Assembly (NCBI GenBank): GCA_942491115.1
Contig: CALNZV010000020.1
Span: 896,524 to 960,523, forward strand
DNA length: 64,000 bases
Source: an uncultured Desulfobacteraceae bacterium
Lineage (GTDB): Bacteria; Desulfobacterota; Desulfobacteria; Desulfobacterales; UBA5852
Direction of reading: 5' to 3'
Shown here: positions 25,901 through 35,260 of the stretch, in pieces
Numbering within the stretch: position 1 is the stretch's first letter
How the letters are laid out: every line of letters begins with the position of its first letter
Made by a program: the position numbers and the translations under genes
The notes under the pieces: generated by a model
The model's database searches: none
Seen by the model: the letters and a program-made list of their open reading frames with translations, nothing else
Told to the model about the DNA's origin: nothing

Positions 25901-27166
25901 CTACACTCCTCTGAAAACCAGACAGCAGTTGGTCCCCCCGAAACCGAAAGCGTTGGTCAGCACCGTCTCGTGGGGATGGCGGCGGGAATGGTTCGGGACC
26001 ACATCCACATCGGCCAAGGCCGGGTCCGGAATATGGTTGATCGTCGGCAGCAACAGCCCCTGTTGCATACCCTCGATGGCCAGGACCGCTTCGACCGCCG
26101 CCGCCGCACCGAGGGAATGACCCAGCTGGGATTTGTTGGAAGATACCGGCAGCCGCGCCAGAAGGGGACCGAACACCGTCCGCAGGCTTTCGATTTCAAC
26201 CAGGTCCCCCTTGCTGGTGGATGTGCCGTGGGCGTTGACATAGTGGATGTCAGCGGGGGAGAGGCCGGCATCGTCGATGGCTTCGTGAATGGCTCGAACC
26301 ACCGTCGTTTGATTGGGCCGCGTAAAGTGATGGGCATCCGAGGTCCAGCCGACACCGAGGACCTCCGCTTTGGGGGACAACCCCGACGATTGCATCACCT
26401 CTTCGGCGGCCAGAACCAGCACGCCTCCTCCCTCCGCCAGCACGAACCCCTTCCGGTCGATACTGAAGGGCCTTGAGGCCTGGCCCGGATCCCCATGGGC
26501 CCGGTCATTGGAGCCCACCTTGATGGTTGCCCACATATTGGCAAACCCCTGGATAATTTCAGGGACAAGGCACATTTCCACCCCGCCGGCGAGGGCAAAG
26601 TCACAGTCCCCGTCGCGAATCATTCGGGCGCCCAAGGCAATGGCATGATTCCCGGAAGCACAGGCACCCTGGGGGGAAAAGATGGGGCCGGTAAATCCCA
26701 GCATCATACTGGCCTTTCCGGCCGGCACGTTGGCGCAGAGATTGGGCAGGAGATAGGGGCTGATCTTTGTGGGCCCATGGCGGGTGTAGTTTTCCATGGC
26801 CACTCGGTAAGCGTCGGTACCGTTGAGGGCGGAGCCGACCAAGCAGGCGGTTCTGGGACCGGCGTCCCCGTCGATGACCAGGCGGGCATGACTCAGGGCC
26901 CGTTTGCAGAGGACCATGGTCAGGTGGACGAAGCTCGCCTCCCAGTTACCGGCATCCCGCCCGCCGATCCCGTCGATGGCGCGCGGATCCCAATCCGGGA
27001 TTTCCCCAACCACATTGCTCCGTGTGTCCACCCGACAGCGGGTAAGGGTCCTGAATCCGCTCTCGCCCCGCACCGCCCGCTCCCAGGTCCGCTCCAAATC
27101 GTTACCAAGGGCGGTGGCGACATCGTAGCCGACAACGAAAACCCGTCTATTGAGAGGTGCTTTCAT
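25901..27166 (-). CDS. Beta-ketoacyl-ACP synthase (KS), catalytically complete
   Basis: Active-site Cys (GACASGNHAI), His (NAHGTSTSKGD) and His (LGHSLGAAAA). ATG at 27166 (MKAPLNRRVFVVG...). Confidence 0.9.
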   Translation of the reverse strand: MKAPLNRRVFVVGYDVATALGNDLERTWERAVRGESGFRTLTRCRVDTRSNVVGEIPDWDPRAIDGIGGRDAGNWEASFVHLTMVLCKRALSHARLVIDGDAGPRTACLVGSALNGTDAYRVAMENYTRHGPTKISPYLLPNLCANVPAGKASMMLGFTGPIFSPQGACASGNHAIALGARMIRDGDCDFALAGGVEMCLVPEIIQGFANMWATIKVGSNDRAHGDPGQASRPFSIDRKGFVLAEGGGVLVLAAEEVMQSSGLSPKAEVLGVGWTSDAHHFTRPNQTTVVRAIHEAIDDAGLSPADIHYVNAHGTSTSKGDLVEIESLRTVFGPLLARLPVSSNKSQLGHSLGAAAAVEAVLAIEGMQQGLLLPTINHIPDPALADVDVVPNHSRRHPHETVLTNAFGFGGTNCCLVFRGV

Positions 27167-27182
27167 GGTTCCACCAGGGGGC

Positions 27183-28433
27183 TCAGCCCCATCTCCGAAA
27201 AACGATGCATGCGTTGCAGCCTCCGAAACCAAAGGCGTTTTTGAGCACATATTCCTGTTGGACACTCCGGCTGCCTTCGGCCACACAGTCGATGTCAAGT
27301 TCCGGGTCGGGCCTGTGGTTGATCGTCGGCGGCAGCCGCTGATCCTCGAGTCCCCGAAGGGCAAAAATGGCTTCGATGGCGCTGGAAGCCCCCATGGCAT
27401 GGCCGGTCAGGGATTTGTTGGCGGTTACCGGCGGCAGTTGCCCACTGAAAACCGCTTTCAAGGCCTCCACCTCCACCTTGTCGCCGACCCGGGTCGACGT
27501 GGCATGGGCGTTGATCGCATCGATGCGATCGGGGCCGACACCCGCATCGGATATGGCCTCGGCAATGCATCGAGTAACGGTTTCCGGATAGGGCGAGACA
27601 AAGTGGTGGGCGTCCGAGGTCATGGACCATCCGGCAACCCCACAAGAATAGGGCAATCCGTGGGTGTTGGCGAACTCCGGCGTGGCGATGACGATGCATC
27701 CGGCCCCTTCTGAAATCACGAACCCCCTGCGGCCGGCGGAAAAGGGGCGACTGGCCCGCTCCGGAGGCTCAGGCGGAGCGCCTTCTTTAGGGACGTAGGC
27801 CCCGTTCATCGTCGCAAACCCGGCAACGATGGGTTCGACGAGGGCCATGTCCACCGCACCGCAGATGGCCACGTCCGCTCGGCCCAGAGCCAGCAGCATG
27901 GTACCGACGATGACCGAAGTGACCCCCGTTGCGCAAGCGGTGATGGTGGCGCTGATGGGCCCCCTTGCTCCCGTCCACATGGACACGACGCCCCCGACCA
28001 TGTTAATGCAGGCATTGGGGTTGGACCACGGCATGGGAAGCCGTCCCTCGGCGATCCACCGCCGGTCCGCCGCCAATAAGGCGTCCACTCCCCCCACAGC
28101 GGAACTGTAGGTCACCGCCACGCGGGGAGCTATTTCCGGCGTGATGATCAGGCCGCTTCTCTCCAGGGCGCGGTGAACGGTCAGAAGTGCAACCTTGAAA
28201 ATCGGTGACGGCCACCTTGCCTGCTCTCTTGCCGACAGAAACGGATAGGGCAAATGGTCGATGGCGTCGATCTCTCCGGCGATTTGCACCGGAAAATCCC
28301 TGTCGGTTGGGAACCGTGTCAGGAGGCCGACGCCGCTCCGGCCCTCGAGGGCCCGTTGCCATTGGTCCTCGAGCTCTATTCCCAAAGGAGATACGGCGTC
28401 GTAACCGATAATGACGGGGGCATTGGTTTTCAT
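27183..28433 (-). CDS. Beta-ketoacyl-ACP synthase (KS), catalytically complete
   Basis: Active-site Cys (TACATGVTS), His (NAHATSTRVGD) and His (TGHAMGASSA). It sits in tandem with the preceding KS. Confidence 0.9.
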   Translation of the reverse strand: MKTNAPVIIGYDAVSPLGIELEDQWQRALEGRSGVGLLTRFPTDRDFPVQIAGEIDAIDHLPYPFLSAREQARWPSPIFKVALLTVHRALERSGLIITPEIAPRVAVTYSSAVGGVDALLAADRRWIAEGRLPMPWSNPNACINMVGGVVSMWTGARGPISATITACATGVTSVIVGTMLLALGRADVAICGAVDMALVEPIVAGFATMNGAYVPKEGAPPEPPERASRPFSAGRRGFVISEGAGCIVIATPEFANTHGLPYSCGVAGWSMTSDAHHFVSPYPETVTRCIAEAISDAGVGPDRIDAINAHATSTRVGDKVEVEALKAVFSGQLPPVTANKSLTGHAMGASSAIEAIFALRGLEDQRLPPTINHRPDPELDIDCVAEGSRSVQQEYVLKNAFGFGGCNACIVFRRWG

Positions 28434-28456
28434 GTCAGTCGGCGGCGTCGGATGGG

Positions 28457-29455
28457 CTACCAGGGAATGAACTGGTAGAGTTTGGCAAACATCTCATAGA
28501 TTTCGATCCAGTTTTGAAGATCCCGGGAGCTTCTCATGTGGGCCCGCTTGTTCACCATCACCCAGCTCATATGGGCCGCTCCGTCCTTGCAGGTCGTGCA
28601 GTCCCGGGTTTCGGAGGTGCAGCATCGGTGCATGGTGTCGAGATCGGAGGCCCACCGGATGAAATTGGTCAGCCGTTTGGGTTTAGGGGATCGATCGTCG
28701 AGGGGGTCGGAAACCGAGGGGCATTCCATCCAGCCAAACCGCCGATCCAGCATTTTCCCGGTGGTGATGATTTCATGGTAATACTTGGAGGAGATGACGG
28801 TATCGGGGTAGGCCTCCAGCATCTCATCCATTTCATCACGGATGGCCGACAGTTCCCCTGTTGTCCAACTGAATCCGTCGACCCCTTCGTCGTTGGACAG
28901 CAGCTGCATGTGCACCTTGAGGCCCGCATCTCGAATTTTTCGAATAACGTTCTCGGTTTTGCCGATCTGTTTAGGGGTAATGGTAAAGAGATAATAGGTG
29001 TGTGGGTCCCCTTCGTAGTTCTTGCTGGAGACGGCAAACGTGTCTTTCCCCCGAAGGGTCGTTTCGTCCGCCTCGTCGCCCCAGAGGGAAATGCCGATCA
29101 TCATGTCGGGAAACCGGTCCCTGGGAACCTTGATCAACCCGTTGGTAGCGCAGAAAGTGGGCAGCCGCCGGTAGAATGCCTCCACCCGGTCAAGGCAGAG
29201 GGTCGGCTCGCCGCCAATAAGAATGGCCAGATTGACCCCTCGCCCCATCTCCTTGTCGACGAATGCTTCCCATTGACGGAGGTCGGTTTCCTCGGGGGCG
29301 GCCTCGTGCTCGCCGGATGAAAAGAAGAAGCACCCCTTGCAGCGCAGATTGCAGCGGTTGGTGACGTCGTAGATCGAGCTTCTGATGTTAAGCTTGGAGA
29401 TGCGCTTGTAGCGTTCGTACCAGTGTGCGTCCAGAAGGGAACTGACGGTTTTCAT
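28457..29455 (-). CDS. Radical SAM protein (paralog B of a tandem pair), C-terminal CC-x6-DC-xx-C motif
   Basis: CNLRCKGC (CxxxCxxC) at ~aa 35 and a C-terminal RCCTSETRDCTTC. AGGAG RBS, ATG at 29455. Confidence 0.85.
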   Translation of the reverse strand: MKTVSSLLDAHWYERYKRISKLNIRSSIYDVTNRCNLRCKGCFFFSSGEHEAAPEETDLRQWEAFVDKEMGRGVNLAILIGGEPTLCLDRVEAFYRRLPTFCATNGLIKVPRDRFPDMMIGISLWGDEADETTLRGKDTFAVSSKNYEGDPHTYYLFTITPKQIGKTENVIRKIRDAGLKVHMQLLSNDEGVDGFSWTTGELSAIRDEMDEMLEAYPDTVISSKYYHEIITTGKMLDRRFGWMECPSVSDPLDDRSPKPKRLTNFIRWASDLDTMHRCCTSETRDCTTCKDGAAHMSWVMVNKRAHMRSSRDLQNWIEIYEMFAKLYQFIPW

Positions 29456-29466
29456 CGGTGGCTCCT

Positions 29467-30591
29467 TCAGTCGGAGGGCAGCTCGAAGCCGGGAGGAGAT
29501 ATCGGGACGCTGCACAAGGGCGATCCCTTGATATAGGGCATCACCCATACAGCCAGATAATTGTCCACATAGTCAAGCCAAGAGCGGAAGGTGGCCGGGT
29601 CGACGGCATGGCGGAACAGCCGTGCCGTCACGATCGCGCTTCCGGCGGCATAGTGGCGGCAGTCATGGCAGTCGGTGTCCGGAACGCAGCAGGCGGCGTC
29701 CCGGTTCCAGGTCAGATTTGCCCGATACTGGCGGAAGGACCGGCTCAACCCGATGGTGGCGGACGGCTGGCGACGGGGATAGGGGCATCCGAACAGGCTG
29801 TGAAGCCCCATGGGATGCGTATGGACGACGGCATTGTATCGGGAGAACAAGACATGGTCGGGGAACGCCGCCAGCAGACGGTCCATCGTCTTCCGGGTGT
29901 TGGCGAGGGAGGCGTCGGTATGCCCGAGATCACCCCTGTAGCCGACCGGGGCCGAAAACATGTTGAAAGTCACCCGGCAATCTTCTTGAGCCAGACGGCC
30001 GACGACCTCCTCGGATTCGGAAATGTTGTACCGGGTAAAGGTGTAGACGAACACGGCACGGGAATCCCCCCGGTAGTTGTCGATCTGTCGATCCAGCATG
30101 TGCTTTGCGTTTCGGACCCGGAGGCTGGTCCGGTCATTGCCCCATACGGATAGGTGAATTCGGTAGCCGATGTCGTCCGGAAACCGCTTCAGTCCGTTGG
30201 TGGCGATGGCGCCCAAAGGAATAGCGTCGTAACAGACACGGCACCGGTCGATGGCAAGGGAGGGCTCCGCCCCGGCAAGCACCACGAATGTGACGCCCCG
30301 TGCTTTCTCCGCGGCCATGAGGGCTCGCCAATCGCCGATGGCCTCGTTGTCGGTGACGAGCTGCTTTTCGCCTTCGTAATAGTAGCATCCGTCGCATCGG
30401 ATGTTGCACCGGGACGTCATGTCGTAAGTGGACTCCCGAAGAAAAAAATAGCGACGAACCTTTTCCCACCGGTTTTTCACCTCGGGAGCTGAAATGAGAT
30501 CGCTGAATTTGCAGGGCGGATCCACTTGGTTGCCAGCTGATTGCCGAAAGGGTTGAGGTGCCGTGGTCACGATCGCTTCCGTTCCCCGCAT
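29467..30591 (-). CDS. Radical SAM protein (paralog A of a tandem pair), C-terminal CC-x5-DC-xx-C motif
   Basis: CNIRCDGC motif and a C-terminal ACCVPDTDCHDC. It can be aligned by eye with the downstream paralog over its whole length (STYDMTSRCNIRCDGCYYY vs SIYDVTNRCNLRCKGCFFF, ATNGL, WG, NY.GD). Confidence 0.85.
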   Translation of the reverse strand: MRGTEAIVTTAPQPFRQSAGNQVDPPCKFSDLISAPEVKNRWEKVRRYFFLRESTYDMTSRCNIRCDGCYYYEGEKQLVTDNEAIGDWRALMAAEKARGVTFVVLAGAEPSLAIDRCRVCYDAIPLGAIATNGLKRFPDDIGYRIHLSVWGNDRTSLRVRNAKHMLDRQIDNYRGDSRAVFVYTFTRYNISESEEVVGRLAQEDCRVTFNMFSAPVGYRGDLGHTDASLANTRKTMDRLLAAFPDHVLFSRYNAVVHTHPMGLHSLFGCPYPRRQPSATIGLSRSFRQYRANLTWNRDAACCVPDTDCHDCRHYAAGSAIVTARLFRHAVDPATFRSWLDYVDNYLAVWVMPYIKGSPLCSVPISPPGFELPSD

Positions 30592-30592
30592 G

Positions 30593-30853
30593 TCACGCCG
30601 CCAGCTTCTGCTGCAGATATTCCGCTATCAGGCGAACGGTTGTCAGTTTGGGGTAATCGTCTTCGTCAATCCTGACACTGTAGTCATCCCTGAGAACCAG
30701 GGCAACCGTTGCCAGATCCATGCTGTCGATCCCCACCTCGTCGACGAGGTCGATATCCGGATCGAAAGTTTCGGGGGTGACATCTTCAAGTTTCAATTCA
30801 TTGATCATGATTTCTGCCACGCGCAGAATGGTTTGGTCCAGATCTGTCGACAT
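30593..30853 (-). CDS. Acyl carrier protein
   Basis: 86 aa, acidic, with phosphopantetheine Ser motif GIDSMDLATV. Confidence 0.88.
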   Translation of the reverse strand: MSTDLDQTILRVAEIMINELKLEDVTPETFDPDIDLVDEVGIDSMDLATVALVLRDDYSVRIDEDDYPKLTTVRLIAEYLQQKLAA

Positions 30854-30920
30854 CGTTGTTTCCGTCTCCTTGGGTGTGCACCGATGGTCACATTCGGTGC
30901 GGGCGGTTGGGCATCAACCG

Positions 30921-31328
30921 TCAAGGCACCGGCCGTTCGAGTTCCATGATGCCCGAGCAGCAAAGCTCCCCCCGGCTGAATAGTTTAAAGGAATAGGCTT
31001 GCCCACTCTCGTCGATGGGCAAGGCCTCGATGGATAGGGTATCGTCCGGGTGTATGGCCAGCTTGAATCGAACCCTTCGCAGTCGGGATACCCGGGCAGT
31101 ATTGCCAGTGTGACGCCCCAGCATCTCCTCGACCAGGCACAGTTGAGCGACACCGGGCAGAATCGGCTCTTGTGGGAAATGGCCGTCGAACCAGACCGCA
31201 TCTTCCGGTATCTTCCTTTCGGATCGAATCGGCTCCGGGGACAAGGGGCGGGGCGGTCGTGGTGGTTCCAAAGCCATATTGCTCCATGTGTCGACGGCTG
31301 GCAGCGGGCCCTGAACTGGGGGTCTCAT
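30921..31328 (-). CDS. FabA/FabZ-type 3-hydroxyacyl-ACP dehydratase (ApeI-like hotdog)
   Basis: Motif FDGHFPQEPILPGV (catalytic His). It starts 4 nt after the B12-rSAM stop. Confidence 0.8.
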   Translation of the reverse strand: MRPPVQGPLPAVDTWSNMALEPPRPPRPLSPEPIRSERKIPEDAVWFDGHFPQEPILPGVAQLCLVEEMLGRHTGNTARVSRLRRVRFKLAIHPDDTLSIEALPIDESGQAYSFKLFSRGELCCSGIMELERPVP

Positions 31329-31331
31329 CTG

Positions 31332-32681
31332 CTAGCACCTAAGCATTTCCCAAAGAGGGCCTTTATACCCTTTTTCATAGAGTCGAAGCAAGGTCCGGGC
31401 CGTCTCCTGCCCACCGGATCCGATCACCCAGTTCGGCCGGTCTTTCCCTGCAGCCTCCAGCTGCCGGTGAATCGCCCGGCTGTCGACGAACGGGGAGCGG
31501 TAGAACACCGGCGACAGAAGATCCTGATCGACCGTCACCTGCCCTTCTTTTAGGGCCCGGTCATAGAGTGCGGTATTGGGATAAATCCTCATACCGCAGA
31601 AAAAAAACAGCACACAGTTCCTCAACCCCTGAGCGGTCTCCAGGGTGTCGTCGAGAGTCTCCTGGGTTTCTCCCGGTCCTCCGAGTAGCAGGTAGTGGGC
31701 CACATGGAGACGGGACGCCAGCGCGGACCGATGGGCGTCCAGGGCCTCCTGCCGACGAAAAGGCTTCCCGTAGGCTTCCAGAACCGGGTTGCAGAACGAC
31801 TCGGTCCCGAATTCCACATGGGTCAGGCCAGCGCTCCTCAGCCTTTCGAAATACCGGTCGGGCATCCGGTTCGGAATAAAAAAGGCTCCCCAGGGAATGG
31901 AAAGCCCTGATTTACGGAAGTGTTCTGCAACCGATAGGCTGTGATCGATATCGGCGTTGAAGGCGGAATCGGTGATGAACAGATAGGCGGCCCCCGCCCG
32001 CTGAAGAGCCATGGCCGTATCGGCCACCTCTTCGGGGTCGATGAGCCGCAGCCGACGTCCTTCGATGTGGGGGTAGGTGCAGTAGATGCAGCGAAAACAG
32101 CACCCTCTGTGGGTCTGGAGGTTCAGCATCCCCCCCTTGTTGAGGTAGAAACCCAAATGGGCCGTTTCCGGATCGAACCGACGGTGAAAGGAACGGGTCA
32201 GGGGACGGGGGACATCGACCCCTTCCGAAGCCACCATGACCCCGGTCAGCAGTCGGGGATCCTCACCCTTTTCCAGGGCGTCGACCAGACGGACCAAGCG
32301 CTCTCCTTCCCCCACAATGCCGTAGTCGGCTCCCAGCGCCCCCATCATCTGGGATGGGAAAATGGTAAAGCCGCTGCCACCGAGTACGATCGGAGCCCCA
32401 CTGGCAGCTTTGAGCTCACCGATCATCTTCCGGTAGCCGTCCATGAATCCTTTGGGGTCCTGGGCCTCGGTGTTGTCCACATTCCGGATCGACACACCGA
32501 TCAGGCCGGGATCAAACCCCCGCACCTGGCCACTGAGATCCGCCATGGACGACAGGGTATTCACGTCCATGATCCGGACCTCGTGGCGGTCTCCTATGGC
32601 CCCGGCGACATAATCCAACCCCAGGGGATAGACCGGATAGGGGTCGATGGAAGTGTTTGCGGAAACCAGCAGTATTCTCAT
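31332..32681 (-). CDS. Cobalamin-binding-domain (class B) radical SAM protein
   Basis: The N-terminus MRILLVSANT...PLGLDYVAG is a Rossmann-like B12-binding-type domain, followed by HRGCCFRCIYC (CxxxCxxC). Its ATG overlaps the KS-CLF stop (ATGA). Confidence 0.85.
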   Translation of the reverse strand: MRILLVSANTSIDPYPVYPLGLDYVAGAIGDRHEVRIMDVNTLSSMADLSGQVRGFDPGLIGVSIRNVDNTEAQDPKGFMDGYRKMIGELKAASGAPIVLGGSGFTIFPSQMMGALGADYGIVGEGERLVRLVDALEKGEDPRLLTGVMVASEGVDVPRPLTRSFHRRFDPETAHLGFYLNKGGMLNLQTHRGCCFRCIYCTYPHIEGRRLRLIDPEEVADTAMALQRAGAAYLFITDSAFNADIDHSLSVAEHFRKSGLSIPWGAFFIPNRMPDRYFERLRSAGLTHVEFGTESFCNPVLEAYGKPFRRQEALDAHRSALASRLHVAHYLLLGGPGETQETLDDTLETAQGLRNCVLFFFCGMRIYPNTALYDRALKEGQVTVDQDLLSPVFYRSPFVDSRAIHRQLEAAGKDRPNWVIGSGGQETARTLLRLYEKGYKGPLWEMLRC

Positions 32682-34843
32682 GGGGGAGACACCACGACGG
32701 CAGAGACGACCTGCCCCAGTCCGAGCACGAGAATCGATCCACTGACGGCATTGATTCCAAGCCGAGGCGGCCGGGGTCGGAACGATCGCCGTTTGTCCAC
32801 CAGGGATGCCGCCAATACCGTGGCCACGGCGGATGCGGCGGCATAGTTCCCGGTCAGTTCACGATAGTCGATCCGGTGGTCGCTGTAGCCGGTCAAACGG
32901 GAAAACGCCTTCAGTTGATTCTGGGCGCTGTCGGTTTCTGCCGCCGGGATTCCCGCCAGCAGGAGGCCGAACCGGTTCTTGACCCCTGTCCGCCCTCCCA
33001 GACGCTTCACCAGCTCGTCCACAGAAGGGGGTCCGTCCAGGCCGATCTCGATGTGGACGGTCTCGACCGTCGGGGCCCCGGGGATCGCCTCCCGGGTCAG
33101 TACCAGAGCCCCACCGCCATCCGACGGATCCCCATCGGCGGATACCGACGAGTCGAATAGGGGCGAGAGAACCGGATGGCCTTCGTCGGCGCCGACCACC
33201 AGAACCGCCCCTGCGTCGGGAGCCAACAGCTCGGCGGATAAGAGGGCCTGCTCAAAGGAGTCGTTGCCGCCGGTGAGAGTCAAATTGACCCCCTTCGCAC
33301 CGGTCATCATGGCCACCTGGCCAGCAGGCGCATTGTGCACGGAACCGATAAAATCCGTTGGGCTGGCAAACTGTTCGCCGCTCTCGAAAAGGGCGGTAAG
33401 AAAATCGTGGGTCTCCGACAGCGATCCCCAAGCCGTTCCGGCGAATACCGCTTCGATCGGACCTGGGAAATCGGTGTGTTTGATGGCTTCAGCAGCCAGT
33501 ACCATGGTCATCAGAGATAGCCGTTTGACACGGCGAATGGCTGGGCTTGGCATCATCCTGCCCACCTCAGCGGCCGGGTATCGTCCCCGGCAGGATTTCC
33601 GGAGCCGGATCCGATCAAGGGTTTCAAGGGTCATACCGGCCCCGGTAATGGCAGACCACCCCGCTACCCGAAGCCGACCGTCGTCAGGGGTGTCGATTTT
33701 CCGCCGGTCCGGGTTACTGCGACCAACCACCACGGCCCCGTTGTTTCCTCCGAAACCGAATGCGTTGACGAGGATCTTTTCCGGTCGGATCCGAAGCGGC
33801 GCCGCCAAGGGCTCGACGCCAAGGGCCGGGTCCGGCACCCGGCAGCCGCTGTTGGCGGGGATCACCCCCCGGTCGATGGATAGAGCCGCCATCACCGTTC
33901 CGATGGCACCGGCGGCGGCAAGGCTGTGCCCCGTCGCCCCCTTGACCGAAGAAAACGGAGGCATTCTGTCACCGAAAAGAGAACGCACGGCACCCATCTC
34001 TATGCGGTCGTTGTCGATAGTGCCGGTGCCATGGAGATGAATGGCATCGATGTCCCCGGCCTCAAGACCCGCCCGGTCCAAGGCCAGCCGCATCGCAGAC
34101 AGAGCCCCTTCACCCTCCGGATGGGGTAGGGTCGGATGGAAGGCATCGCAGCTTAAGCCGGCACCCATCAATTCGATCCGATCACAGGCCGCTTCGGAGG
34201 CCTCAAGCAGGCACATGGCCGCCCCTTCCGCCACCGAGAGGCCTCGGCGATCCGCATCCAGCGGCCTGGCACCCAACGGATCGATCAGTTTCAGAGATCT
34301 AAACCCATAGTAGGTCAGGCGGCACAGGGAGTCCACACCTCCGACAAGCACTCGCTTGGCCCGACCGGCTCTCAACAACGCCAGGGCCAGAGCCAGGGCC
34401 GACACCCCGGAGGAGCAGGCTGTGGTTACCGTCAATACCGGTCCGCGGCAGCGGTAGCGCCGGGCCAGGGCGACCGCCACCGTACCCAGCCCGTGCTGGC
34501 TGAAATCGCCGGCGACGCCGTCGCCGAAACGCAGACGGTCCTCGGTCATGTCCATGCCGCCGGTAGTGCTTCCAACGACGATGACATCAGGGGGCTGCAG
34601 GGGGTGCCCCATGGCTTGGTCCGACGCCTGTATGGCCAACTGATGCGCCACCGGCATTCCTGGCTTCAAAAGACCCGGAGGAGCCTCGCCCACTATTAGG
34701 GGGCGATGGGAGGCGGGTTTGAACCGTGTCAGCGGGGCCAATCCGCTTCGACCCAAGGTCAGCGCCTTGACGGTGTCTTCCAGGCCGCAGCCGAGAGCCG
34801 AAACGATGCCCATACCACGAATATAAACGGGAAGAACGGTCAC
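32678..34843 (-). CDS. Fused beta-ketoacyl synthase + chain-length-factor-like domain (KS-CLF)
   Basis: The N-terminal half is a complete KS (TACSSGVSA, HGTGTIDND, GHSLAAAGA, FGFGGNN). The C-terminal half (about 32681-33690) is KS-like without the Cys (TGGNDSFEQAL) and has SVHNAPAG, typical of ApeC-type CLF. GTG start overlaps the ACP stop. Confidence 0.85.
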   Translation of the reverse strand: MTVLPVYIRGMGIVSALGCGLEDTVKALTLGRSGLAPLTRFKPASHRPLIVGEAPPGLLKPGMPVAHQLAIQASDQAMGHPLQPPDVIVVGSTTGGMDMTEDRLRFGDGVAGDFSQHGLGTVAVALARRYRCRGPVLTVTTACSSGVSALALALALLRAGRAKRVLVGGVDSLCRLTYYGFRSLKLIDPLGARPLDADRRGLSVAEGAAMCLLEASEAACDRIELMGAGLSCDAFHPTLPHPEGEGALSAMRLALDRAGLEAGDIDAIHLHGTGTIDNDRIEMGAVRSLFGDRMPPFSSVKGATGHSLAAAGAIGTVMAALSIDRGVIPANSGCRVPDPALGVEPLAAPLRIRPEKILVNAFGFGGNNGAVVVGRSNPDRRKIDTPDDGRLRVAGWSAITGAGMTLETLDRIRLRKSCRGRYPAAEVGRMMPSPAIRRVKRLSLMTMVLAAEAIKHTDFPGPIEAVFAGTAWGSLSETHDFLTALFESGEQFASPTDFIGSVHNAPAGQVAMMTGAKGVNLTLTGGNDSFEQALLSAELLAPDAGAVLVVGADEGHPVLSPLFDSSVSADGDPSDGGGALVLTREAIPGAPTVETVHIEIGLDGPPSVDELVKRLGGRTGVKNRFGLLLAGIPAAETDSAQNQLKAFSRLTGYSDHRIDYRELTGNYAAASAVATVLAASLVDKRRSFRPRPPRLGINAVSGSILVLGLGQVVSAVVVSPP

Positions 34844-35121
34844 GAGGGAAGCGGGGCCGATGAATTCTTGATGCAGCCGGCCATGGTTCGAAGGGATGCA
34901 AACACCTCGGCGCCCCGCTCTTTGCTGTCGATGACGATTCCGTAGTCTTTTTCCATCATCATCACCAGTTCCAGAACGTCGATGGAATCAATGCCAAGCC
35001 GCCCGCCCACCAAAGGCTCGTCCGGATCGATGCCGTTCGGATCGACAGTGGCAAGATTCAGCAGTTCGACGATTTTTAGTTTCAGCTGGTCTATCAGATC
35101 GTCCATGGCTATCCTGTCCAC
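34840..35121 (-). CDS. Acyl carrier protein
   Basis: 93 aa with Ser motif GIDSIDVLELV. It is the first gene of the minus-strand core operon. Confidence 0.85.
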   Translation of the reverse strand: MDRIAMDDLIDQLKLKIVELLNLATVDPNGIDPDEPLVGGRLGIDSIDVLELVMMMEKDYGIVIDSKERGAEVFASLRTMAGCIKNSSAPLPS

Positions 35122-35260
35122 ACCGGCAACCCCGTGGATCAGAGGCTGACGGCGAAGGCGTCTCGGATGGTTTACAGCCGAGGTCGCCTGTAGTATGGGT
35201 TTGTTAAAGCTATGAACTTTAGCATGACAGAGACAAAGTGCAATCCATCAATTCCCCTTT
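35122..35260. promoter_or_regulatory. Divergent promoter region of the two core operons (inferred)
   Basis: 140-bp gap between divergently transcribed ACP and dehydratase genes, with a local AT-rich patch (tagtatgggtttgttaaagctatgaactttagc). Confidence 0.3.
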
